64,000 bases of DNA from Candidatus Collierbacteria bacterium. GTDB lineage: Bacteria > Patescibacteriota > Microgenomatia > UBA1400 > MFAQ01. Both the position numbers and the translations under genes were made by a program. Under the pieces are notes generated by a model, which was not told the origin of the DNA, made no database searches, and was given only the letters and a program-made list of their open reading frames with translations. Shown here piece after piece: positions 18,331 to 26,496 of the stretch (positions are counted from its first letter, which is position 1; every line of letters starts with the position of its first letter). The DNA lies in NCBI GenBank assembly GCA_903884375.1, contig CAISER010000041.1, positions 9,164-73,163 of the forward strand, read 5' to 3'.

Positions 18331-20391
18331 ATGAATGAACAATCAAACAATATCACAAAAAGCATGCTTGAACAAGCGCTTGCATATCTCGAAAGAGGTT
18401 GGAGCGTGATTCCTGTTGGTACGGATAAGAAACCGCTTATCGAGTGGAAGAAGTATCAGACAGAATATCCTACACCACAGGATGTCACTGAATGGTTTAC
18501 AAAGTATCCAAGTGCCAATCTTGCGGTTGTAACGGGACGGATATCAAATATCGTTATTGTCGATGTTGATGTTCGTCACAACGGTAGGCGTGATGCGTTT
18601 ATTGGATATGAAACGGTCGTGGCTGAAACAGGAAATGGTTGGCATTATTATTTTCGGTATAAAGATGGAATAAAAAACTTCGTTGGTATTGCTGAAGGTA
18701 TTGATATTAGAGGCGACGGTGGATATGCTATTTTGCCACCTTCAATACATAGCTCCGGTAAGCAGTATAAATGGTACCGTAATCCTGAAAAATATGAAGT
18801 ACTCGGAATATTGCCGGTTGTTCTTGAATGGATAGAAAATAAGAACAAGCAGGTATCATCGCAACAAAGCAATTGGTCGTCAAGAAAATTAGATGGAGCA
18901 AATGAAGGCGAGAGGAATGATACTTCGGCATCAGTAGCCGGTAAACTTCTTGCACGCTTCAAGCCGCATGAATGGGAGAGTGAAGCCTGGAAGCTTCTTC
19001 AATCATGGAACAATGACAAAAATAATCCTCCGCTATCGGAATCTGAGTTGCGGTCAGTTTTTGAGTCTATATCCAAACGGGAGGCACAAAAGCAAAGCGC
19101 AGATTATCCAGAGACTACAGAAATTATCGTACCTAATAATCTTTCACTCGACGAAGTGTTATTGAGAGTAGAACGTATATTGCCCAATAAAGAGGACTTG
19201 GTGCTTTTAGCAATGGCGGTATCTGTCAGTCAGATTATTGATAAAAAGACTCCGGTATGGCTTATGTTCGTAGGAGTGCCATCAAGCGCAAAGACTGAAG
19301 TAGCGCGGATGATTGGAAAAGCCGAGTGGGTTTTTTATCTGGACTCACTCACGGAAAATGCATTTGTCAGCGGGGGTCGGGGAGATACGGCAGACTTATT
19401 ACCGCTTGTTCACGAAAAATGTTTGATTATCAAAGATTTCACAACAACGCTTTCTCAGCGTGAAGAAACCGTACGGAAGATACTTGGCGACCTGACATCA
19501 ATATATGACGATTCGTTTGTCAAACATTCTCCATCAAGAGGTACGATTTCCTATCATTCATTTTTTTCGATATTAGGCTGTGTAACGCCACAGGCGCTCA
19601 ACAATCATCAGCGGTATGTGAGTCAAATCGGTCCACGATTTTTATATTACCGTGTCCAAGCATCCACCCAGGATGAAGTAGAGCAAAGTTTTGAGATTAT
19701 ATGGGCAGTTGGGAATGTTCAACCCGGATTTAGTATTGCTCAAAAGTATGTTTCGGCGTATGTCACGAAGATTGCAGCAGCGTATAACCCTGAATCGTTA
19801 GAGAAGGAAAATCCCGAAACGATTGCGTACATCAATACATTAGCTCGTTTTATTGCACGAGCGCGGGGTATTGTTGTGACCCGAAGCGGAGAGTTTATAA
19901 ATGGGCAGGGTGAAAAAGTTCAGTTTTATGAACCTGTTGAAATCCAAATCGAGGAGCCATTCCGTGCACTCCAACAACTCCGGGTGCTAGCACGGAGTCT
20001 ATGTGTTGTCCTTGGGCATAAAACTGTTGAGAAGCGAGTGCTCAAACTTCTCAAAGATGTTGCGATTTCCAGTATGCCAGCAGATAGAGCCTTACTTCTA
20101 TCCGTCGTCGCCTCGGAAAAGAAATCATGGTCAGCAAAAGAAGTATCAGACGTATTGGGTATTTCCCATAGGACTGCGCTTCGTCAGCTTGATGAGTTGT
20201 CATCACTGCGGGTGTTGCACAAACAGGGGCAAGGCGCTGGTTTATCAAACGTCTATACCGTATTAGATGAGTTCTCCCAATTTTTGTATAGCGGAGTGGA
20301 GTTTCTGTCACGCCTCCGCAATTCACCAACCGTGACACAAACTACGCAACGGGTAGATACGCAACTTGAGCTCGGAGGGAATAAGTCATGA
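18331..20391 (+). CDS. bifunctional primase-polymerase + PriCT + MCM-like AAA+ helicase + HTH fusion
   Basis: RGWSVIP, NLAVVTG, IVDVD, GWHYYF, DIRGDGGYAILPPSIH; EGERND...NNPPLSESEL; GVPSSAKT, LIIKDF, GPRF. Confidence 0.88.
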   Translation: MNEQSNNITKSMLEQALAYLERGWSVIPVGTDKKPLIEWKKYQTEYPTPQDVTEWFTKYPSANLAVVTGRISNIVIVDVDVRHNGRRDAFIGYETVVAETGNGWHYYFRYKDGIKNFVGIAEGIDIRGDGGYAILPPSIHSSGKQYKWYRNPEKYEVLGILPVVLEWIENKNKQVSSQQSNWSSRKLDGANEGERNDTSASVAGKLLARFKPHEWESEAWKLLQSWNNDKNNPPLSESELRSVFESISKREAQKQSADYPETTEIIVPNNLSLDEVLLRVERILPNKEDLVLLAMAVSVSQIIDKKTPVWLMFVGVPSSAKTEVARMIGKAEWVFYLDSLTENAFVSGGRGDTADLLPLVHEKCLIIKDFTTTLSQREETVRKILGDLTSIYDDSFVKHSPSRGTISYHSFFSILGCVTPQALNNHQRYVSQIGPRFLYYRVQASTQDEVEQSFEIIWAVGNVQPGFSIAQKYVSAYVTKIAAAYNPESLEKENPETIAYINTLARFIARARGIVVTRSGEFINGQGEKVQFYEPVEIQIEEPFRALQQLRVLARSLCVVLGHKTVEKRVLKLLKDVAISSMPADRALLLSVVASEKKSWSAKEVSDVLGISHRTALRQLDELSSLRVLHKQGQGAGLSNVYTVLDEFSQFLYSGVEFLSRLRNSPTVTQTTQRVDTQLELGGNKS

Positions 20392-20711
20392 GAGGCATTA
20401 CTCCGATTTCATTTAGCTTCGTTTATATGGATAAACCAGAAAGTCCAGATAGGCTGTCCGATGCATATCGCGGGATTTTCATCCAAGCATGGAAAAACAT
20501 AGTTGACAAACAAAGTACAGCAAAGTACAGTGGGGGTACGCATGACACAACAACCGACTCAGGACGAGTTTCTAACAATCGAGGAAGTAGCCAAGATTCT
20601 CAAAGTGACCAATGTAACGCTCTACCGAATGGCACGGAAGGGAAAAATCCCGGCGGTGAAGTTCGGCAAAGCGTGGAGAATAAGTTCACGACTCCTCGAG
20701 TCACTTCGTGA
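20388..20711 (+). CDS. small hypothetical protein (only the N-terminal ~45 aa look coding)
   Basis: GGAGG upstream; ATGA overlap with the primase stop; distal part overlaps the xis-like gene. Confidence 0.35.
   Translation: MRGITPISFSFVYMDKPESPDRLSDAYRGIFIQAWKNIVDKQSTAKYSGGTHDTTTDSGRVSNNRGSSQDSQSDQCNALPNGTEGKNPGGEVRQSVENKFTTPRVTS
20503..20531 (+). promoter_or_regulatory. sigma70-like promoter of xis-int with tandem operator
   Basis: TTGACA-17 nt-TACAGT; CAAAGTACAG occurs twice in tandem (20511-20530). Confidence 0.7.
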
Positions 20712-20730
20712 GGGAAAGAAAGTTATATGA
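20542..20730 (+). CDS. excisionase-like HTH_17 protein (probable directionality factor or regulator)
   Basis: FLTIEEVAKILKV...TLYRMARKGKIPAVKFGKAWRI; ATGA overlap with the integrase. Confidence 0.9.
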   Translation: MTQQPTQDEFLTIEEVAKILKVTNVTLYRMARKGKIPAVKFGKAWRISSRLLESLREGKKVI

Positions 20731-22382
20731 TTTCAACAATAACACCAATCAAACAAACGAAAATTGCAGCGTATTACGCCCGTGTGAGCACCGCCCGGCA
20801 AGAGGTGCAGGAAACAATAGACTCACAGTTGGATGAACTCAAAGCCCGAATCATTGCTGATGGCAATACGCTCCCGGAAGAAAATATGTTTCAGGATGAT
20901 GGCTGGACCGGCGAAATGCTCGAAAGACCAGGGCTTGATGCTATGCGTGATGCAGCATCGGACGGAAAGTTTGAAATCCTCTATGTGTATGACCGCGGCC
21001 GATTATCCCGTATTTTTGCTTACCAGGAGATTATTCTTGAGGAGATAAATAATCGTGGAATTGAGTTTGTGACGCTTCATGATTTACAAGCCAGAACACC
21101 AGAGGAACATGTATTACAGGCAATGCAGGGAGTTTTTCATGAGTACGAGCGGGTAAAGATTGTTGAGCGGTTTCGCCGTGGAAAACTGCATAAAGCCAGA
21201 AACGGCATACTTATCAATGGTCAGGCACTTTATGGTTACCGGTATGTCAAAAAGACGGAGACAGAACCCACTCACTATGAAATCAATGAAGATGAAGCAA
21301 AAGTAGTCCGCATGATTTTTGAGTGGGTAGCGCGTGAGCGGCTATCTGTGTATGAGATACGCAGGAGATTGTATCAGCTCAAAATCATACCACGTAAAGC
21401 AAAAAATCCTTATTGGACTCGTGGACCGATTATCCGAATGCTCCGCACGGACTCATATCTAACTGGCATTGTTTATTACAACAAATCTGAAGCCATAGTT
21501 GCCAAAAAACCACTCAAACACGACAAATATAAAAAGATAAAGCGGACAAGCAGGAAAGTCCGACCGCGTGAAGAATGGATACCATATCATGTCGCTCCGA
21601 TATTGGAAAACAACGGAATATACGAACGGGTACAAGACGTGTGCGATTACTATAAAAAGTTTCAACCGAAAAATAAGAAATATGATTACTTACTCTCAGG
21701 TTTAGTGTGGTGTGAATGTGGTGAGCGTCGAGTCGGGGACGGATACCATAAAGGTGGAAATCATTATTATCGTTGTATTGAGAAAGTGAAAAAGTTTCCG
21801 CTTATGGAAGTCAACTGTTATGCACACGGAGTCAACGCCGTTATCGTCGATGGGCTGTTGTGGCAGAAACTCCGGGGATTTTTATCAGACAAGACACAAA
21901 TGCGCGAACAGGCAGTCAACTTTTTCAAAGAAGAAATGGTAAAAAGCTCTGTAGGTCAAAGAGAAAAACAACGGTTGATGCTGCAACTGCAACAAGCCAA
22001 GGATGAGGACCTTCGATATGCCCGCGCCTTCGGTAGTGGTGCTATTGAAGAAGAGCAACTCAAAATCCTTACCGCTGAGTTGAGAAAGAAAATACAGTCG
22101 TATGAAGCACAACTCCGCGAAATAAATACACATTCATTTGACGGTGTTATTGATGAGCAAAAGATAGATGCACTATGTGATGAGTCTCAAAGGGTGATAG
22201 AATCATGGTCACAACAGGACAAAAAGAAAACTGTTCAGGATATAATAGATAAAGTAACAATTTTTGATGAAGGAAAGGTGAGGGTGGAGGGGCATGTGCC
22301 TCAATTCGCCCAATACATGGGATATGAACTTACGCATAGGAATTGTTGGTTTGCCAAATGTAGGGAAATCTACCTTATTTAA
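20727..22382 (+). CDS. large serine recombinase (integrase)
   Basis: YARVST catalytic motif, ERPGL, DRGRLSR, LYGY, LLSGLVWCECG...YYRC zinc ribbon, coiled coil. Confidence 0.95.
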   Translation: MISTITPIKQTKIAAYYARVSTARQEVQETIDSQLDELKARIIADGNTLPEENMFQDDGWTGEMLERPGLDAMRDAASDGKFEILYVYDRGRLSRIFAYQEIILEEINNRGIEFVTLHDLQARTPEEHVLQAMQGVFHEYERVKIVERFRRGKLHKARNGILINGQALYGYRYVKKTETEPTHYEINEDEAKVVRMIFEWVARERLSVYEIRRRLYQLKIIPRKAKNPYWTRGPIIRMLRTDSYLTGIVYYNKSEAIVAKKPLKHDKYKKIKRTSRKVRPREEWIPYHVAPILENNGIYERVQDVCDYYKKFQPKNKKYDYLLSGLVWCECGERRVGDGYHKGGNHYYRCIEKVKKFPLMEVNCYAHGVNAVIVDGLLWQKLRGFLSDKTQMREQAVNFFKEEMVKSSVGQREKQRLMLQLQQAKDEDLRYARAFGSGAIEEEQLKILTAELRKKIQSYEAQLREINTHSFDGVIDEQKIDALCDESQRVIESWSQQDKKKTVQDIIDKVTIFDEGKVRVEGHVPQFAQYMGYELTHRNCWFAKCREIYLI

Positions 22383-23370
22383 TGCGCTTTTGAAGCGCCA
22401 ACAGGCTTTAGTGGCCAACTATCCTTTTGCAACCATAGAACCGAATGTTGGAATAGTTGAGGTTCCTGATGAGAGACTTGAATCGTTGGCGAAGATTTCC
22501 AATAGTGGAAAAATTGTCCCGGCAACTGTCGAGTTTGTGGACATTGCCGGTTTGGTGGCAGGTGCGGCAACGGGTGCGGGATTAGGAAATAAGTTTTTAA
22601 CTCATATTCGTGAAGTGGATGTAATTTTGCAAGTTTTGCGTGATTTTGAAGATTCGGAAATTGTTAAAGAGGGCTCGGTTAACCCCGAATCCGATTACAA
22701 AGTGATAGAAACAGAGCTTGTATTAAAAGATTTAGAGACGGTTGGCAAATGTTTGGAGAGTAAAGATACCAAAGCTAAGGGAAAGGAAAAGAAAAAGGCG
22801 ATTGTTGAAAAACTATTCGTCGGATTAAATAACGGAATACCTGCAAGGGAATTACTTATCACAGAGGAAGATAAAGAATTGGCGAGAGATTTGTTTTTAC
22901 TGACGGCTAAAAAAGAAATTAAGGTATTAAATGTAGCCGAATCAGATCCTCGTTTGCATGAACTAATGGGGGATATGTTATATATCAGTGCCAAAGTTGA
23001 GTCTGAATTATCAAGCTTAGATGAGGCTGACGCTAAGGCATATATGGCTGAATTGGGAATAAAAGAGTCGGGGTTGGACATGCTAATCAAGAGAGCTTAT
23101 GAGACTTTGGGCTTAATCTCATTTTTAACGACAGGAGAGATGGAAAGTAGGGCGTGGACAACCACAAGAGGAGCCAAAGCACCCCATGCCGCGGGGGTGA
23201 TTCATACCGACTTTGAAAAGAAATTTATCAAAGCCAAAATTTGTGATTATGATAAGTTTGTAGAAGCAGCAGGTTGGAAAATGGCTGCCGATAAAGGCTG
23301 GGTGCGTTTTGAAGGTAAGGAGTACGAGATGAAAGATGGAGATGTGGTCGAATTCATGATTGGATCATAA
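22324..23370 (+). CDS. ychF: redox-regulated ATPase YchF with element-supplied start
   Basis: GIVGLPNVGKSTLFNAL, NYPFATIEPN, DIAGLV, AGVIHTDF, EGKEYEMKDGD. Confidence 0.97.
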   Translation: MNLRIGIVGLPNVGKSTLFNALLKRQQALVANYPFATIEPNVGIVEVPDERLESLAKISNSGKIVPATVEFVDIAGLVAGAATGAGLGNKFLTHIREVDVILQVLRDFEDSEIVKEGSVNPESDYKVIETELVLKDLETVGKCLESKDTKAKGKEKKKAIVEKLFVGLNNGIPARELLITEEDKELARDLFLLTAKKEIKVLNVAESDPRLHELMGDMLYISAKVESELSSLDEADAKAYMAELGIKESGLDMLIKRAYETLGLISFLTTGEMESRAWTTTRGAKAPHAAGVIHTDFEKKFIKAKICDYDKFVEAAGWKMAADKGWVRFEGKEYEMKDGDVVEFMIGS

Positions 23371-23436
23371 GCTTTACATACAGGCACGATTGTGATATAT
23401 TACAGGTTATACTTTAACAAAATAGGAGGTGTTTCT

Positions 23437-23628
23437 ATGATATTCCCTTGGATTTCTTTTGTACTTGCGGCCTTTTTCCAATGTATGGTACTGATTTTTG
23501 TATTACCCGCTCAAGGGTATCCAAACGGTATCAAGGTTAAACAAAGCATCGCTTTTTGGCTTGTATTCATTTTTGAAGCAATAGCCTTGATTTTATTTGC
23601 TTATCCGATTTCATTATTGTTACACTGA
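23437..23628 (+). CDS. small two-TM membrane protein (orphan)
   Basis: AGGAGG before ATG 23437; two hydrophobic segments; terminator follows. Confidence 0.6.
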   Translation: MIFPWISFVLAAFFQCMVLIFVLPAQGYPNGIKVKQSIAFWLVFIFEAIALILFAYPISLLLH

Positions 23629-23644
23629 TTGTTTTGTAAAAAAT

Positions 23645-23673
23645 ACCCTTTGAATATTTTCAAAGGGTTTTTT
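23645..23673 (+). terminator. intrinsic terminator
   Basis: ACCCTTTGAA-tatt-TTCAAAGGGT followed by T tract. Confidence 0.8.
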
Positions 23674-23728
23674 GTGGCAAAATCGTGCGTTGTGTAGTAA
23701 AATTACCGGGTTATTAAAAAAAATAAAG

Positions 23729-24046
23729 GTGAAAAAAACAAAGACAACCGAAATAAAACCGTCCATGGGTTCGACTAAAAAATACGAACTCGTTGTCATT
23801 TATCCCGTATCCGAAAATGAGATCGGAGCTGAGAAAACAATTACAGAGAAGTGTAAAAAACGAACACTAAAAGTAATTGAAGTAGATAAATGGGGAACAA
23901 AAACCATGGCTTTTGAGATTAAAAAACAAAGTAGAGGATATTACCTAAGACTATTGATCGAAGGGACTCCTTTCGCAGCTAAAGAGCTGGAAAGGGATTT
24001 GCAGATGGACGATAAGCTGCTAAGATTTTTATTGATTAGAATTTAA
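23729..24046 (+). CDS. rpsF: 30S ribosomal protein S6
   Basis: KYELVVI, WGTKTMAFEIKK...GYY, LLRFLL; precedes ssb-rpsR; start uncertain. Confidence 0.92.
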   Translation: MKKTKTTEIKPSMGSTKKYELVVIYPVSENEIGAEKTITEKCKKRTLKVIEVDKWGTKTMAFEIKKQSRGYYLRLLIEGTPFAAKELERDLQMDDKLLRFLLIRI

Positions 24047-24058
24047 TTATTGATTATT

Positions 24059-24571
24059 ATGAGCACAAGAAGTTTAAATAAAGTTCAGTTAATAGGAAAT
24101 TTGACTCGTGATCCTGAGTTAAAATACACCCCTTCTGGTACAGGAGTTTGTACATTTGGTTTGGCGACAAATCGTGAATGGACTGATTCATCCGGTCAAA
24201 AACAAGAAGGAGTGGAATTCCACCGAATTGTGGCCTGGGGTAAGTTGGGAGAAATTTGTTCCCAATTAATGACCAAGGGACGAAAAGTGTACGTGGAGGG
24301 CCGTTTGCAAACCAGAGCTTGGAAAAGTCAAGATGGTGCCGACAGACAAGTTACCGAAGTGGTTATCGATGAAATGATTTTATTGGATGCTCCAAAAGGA
24401 GATCGTAGTGAGGGCGGTTATGAAACTCATTACACAAGTGACGAAGCAGTTTCTCCAATAGCTGACGTTACACCGGTGGAAGAAATTTTTAATCCAGATA
24501 CCGAGGATAAAGATAGCAAAAAACAAAAAAAGGTAGACTCTAAAGAGGATTCGGATGAAATACCATTCTAG
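24059..24571 (+). CDS. ssb: single-stranded DNA-binding protein
   Basis: LNKVQLIGNLTRDPEL, KGRKVYVEGRLQTR, DEIPF tail. Confidence 0.97.
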   Translation: MSTRSLNKVQLIGNLTRDPELKYTPSGTGVCTFGLATNREWTDSSGQKQEGVEFHRIVAWGKLGEICSQLMTKGRKVYVEGRLQTRAWKSQDGADRQVTEVVIDEMILLDAPKGDRSEGGYETHYTSDEAVSPIADVTPVEEIFNPDTEDKDSKKQKKVDSKEDSDEIPF

Positions 24572-24643
24572 ATTAAAATATAATTCATCCGTGTCGAACT
24601 AAGAATTCCACGAGAAGCGGATTGAATACAAAAAATAAAAAAT

Positions 24644-24874
24644 ATGATCATAAAAAAGAAAATCAGAAAGTCAAGTAAACCATGTCCGTTTTGTGTTAAA
24701 AAAGTAGAACCTGTTTACTCGGATCTTGAATCTCTGGCAATTGGCGTATCAGCTAAGAAGCGAATTGTATCCCGTTGGACTACCGGTGTATGCGAAAAAC
24801 ACCAACTTCGACTTGCAAGAGCAATTAAACGTGCTAGACACTTGGCTCTTCTTCCAGTTACCGACAAAGTATAA
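24644..24874 (+). CDS. rpsR: 30S ribosomal protein S18
   Basis: CPFC, TGVCEKHQ, AIKRARHLALLP. Confidence 0.95.
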   Translation: MIIKKKIRKSSKPCPFCVKKVEPVYSDLESLAIGVSAKKRIVSRWTTGVCEKHQLRLARAIKRARHLALLPVTDKV

Positions 24875-24894
24875 ATTAACAAGTTTTAACAGTT

Positions 24895-26100
24895 TTGTTT
24901 ATGAACCTAAAAAACATTAGGCGGTTTCTTTTTGTTATTTTGATTTGCAGCCTATTGGTTTATGGAGGATTTAGATTGGGGATGTGGAAAGCGGAACAGA
25001 AAATAAAGACTTTTTCCGAAATTGATACAAGTTCCATGAATGATGTCCTGCAGAGATTGAAAACAAGTTACTTAAAGATTGAAAACATTGACGCCAAGAA
25101 ATTAATGTATGGAGCGACTGTAGGCATGACGGAAGCCTTGGGAGATCCCTATACTAATTTTTTTCCTCCTGAAGATAACAGTAGATCAAAAGAAGACCTT
25201 TCCGGTGAGTTTGGAGGAATCGGGATTCAACTTGGATTTGTAGACAATACTTTAGCAGTTATGACACCCTTAAAAGACACACCGGCAATGAAAGCCGGTA
25301 TTAAGGCAGGAGATTTAATTTTAAAAATTGTCGATAAAAGATATAATATTAATAAAGATACAACTAAGATAACGCTTACAGAGGCGGTAAATTTGATTAG
25401 AGGTGAAAAAGGAACTGAGGTTACCCTAACCATGTTTAGAGAAGGGGATAAACAATCAAAAGAAGTTACCCTAATGCGTGAAGTAATTAACGTACCGTCA
25501 ACAGATCTTAAATGGATTGATAATGGAAAGGTAGCCGTAATTTCAGTTAATAAATTTGGTGAACAAACTCTTTCGGAGTGGAACAAAATAGTTACAGAAG
25601 TAAAAAATAAAAAAGCTTCTGGAGTTATTTTAGATTTGCGTAATAATCCTGGAGGATATTTACAACGAGCGGTTGATCTTGGCAGCGAGTTTATTCAAAG
25701 TGGAGTAATTGTCAAACAAAGGGATAAATTAAAAACTGAAGTAATGAATGTCGACCGTAATGGAAAACTGATCGGAACACCACTAGTTGTATTGATCAAT
25801 CGAGGCTCAGCATCAGCATCAGAGATTTTGGCTGGTGCTTTACGAGAAAGGTTGGGAGTAAAACTTGTTGGTGAAAAAAGTTTCGGAAAGGGAACAGTCC
25901 AAGAAGCTCAAGAACTTCCAGATGGTTCTGGTTTGCATGTCACAGTTGCCGAATGGTTATTGCCTTCCGGAGAAAATATTCATGAAAAAGGATTAGAGCC
26001 GGATGTTAAAGTGGAATATCTTTATAACGAGAAAAATCCAACAGCGGACAATCAACTGGATAAAGCGCTGGAAATCTTAAAAGGCATTATCGCCAATTAA
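24895..26100 (+). CDS. carboxyl-terminal processing protease (S41/CtpA family)
   Basis: LGDPYT, PDZ GIG, LDLRNNPGG, SASASE, FGKGTVQ. Confidence 0.95.
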   Translation: MFMNLKNIRRFLFVILICSLLVYGGFRLGMWKAEQKIKTFSEIDTSSMNDVLQRLKTSYLKIENIDAKKLMYGATVGMTEALGDPYTNFFPPEDNSRSKEDLSGEFGGIGIQLGFVDNTLAVMTPLKDTPAMKAGIKAGDLILKIVDKRYNINKDTTKITLTEAVNLIRGEKGTEVTLTMFREGDKQSKEVTLMREVINVPSTDLKWIDNGKVAVISVNKFGEQTLSEWNKIVTEVKNKKASGVILDLRNNPGGYLQRAVDLGSEFIQSGVIVKQRDKLKTEVMNVDRNGKLIGTPLVVLINRGSASASEILAGALRERLGVKLVGEKSFGKGTVQEAQELPDGSGLHVTVAEWLLPSGENIHEKGLEPDVKVEYLYNEKNPTADNQLDKALEILKGIIAN

Positions 26101-26136
26101 AAAAAGCAGTATTTTCCAACAGTAGCGACGGAATAC

Positions 26137-26162
26137 AAAAAACCCACCAAGAATGGTGGGTT
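26137..26162. terminator. terminator between convergent genes
   Basis: AACCCACCA-agaa-TGGTGGGTT with an A run on the left (T tract on minus strand). Confidence 0.75.
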
Positions 26163-26174
26163 AAAAGGAAATTA

Positions 26175-26432
26175 TTACGAGAAAAGATATTTGGATAGAA
26201 TAAACAGGAGATAGCTGAGTACAGCTTCATCCACATACGGCAGGGGGTCAGCGATGATTATATCCAGAAACCAAATTATCAAAACGGCGATGAAGATTAC
26301 CCTCACAATCCATTTGCGGTGTTTTTCTGGGATATTGTCAATTATCTTGATTAATAAGTTGTAACCAAATACCGTCTTCTCCTTCTTCTCCTTTGCCAAC
26401 GAGACATCTTTGTCTAGATTATCGTCTTTCAT
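26175..26432 (-). CDS. small membrane protein (orphan)
   Basis: TM segment then DPLPYVDE and a hydrophobic tail; GGGAG upstream. Confidence 0.6.
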   Translation of the reverse strand: MKDDNLDKDVSLAKEKKEKTVFGYNLLIKIIDNIPEKHRKWIVRVIFIAVLIIWFLDIIIADPLPYVDEAVLSYLLFILSKYLFS

Positions 26433-26496
26433 GATATTCTCCCTTCAAAAAGATTAATGTACCCTATAATTATAGCATATTTAGCTATAAATGGAT

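Larger units (their letters stand above)
8649..22340 (+). mobile_element. integrated element (~13.7 kb) with large serine recombinase, inserted in the 5' end of ychF
   Basis: TAGG at both junctions (8649-8652, 22337-22340); split ychF; integrase, xis-like HTH, Prim-Pol/helicase, SSB-like and SpoVG-like genes all co-oriented; codon style differs visibly from flanks. Confidence 0.9.

Noticed and set aside
22294-22323. ORF-track N-terminal extension of YchF (MCLNSPNTWD)
   Set aside because: It lies within integrase coding sequence; ATG 22324 gives the canonical length.
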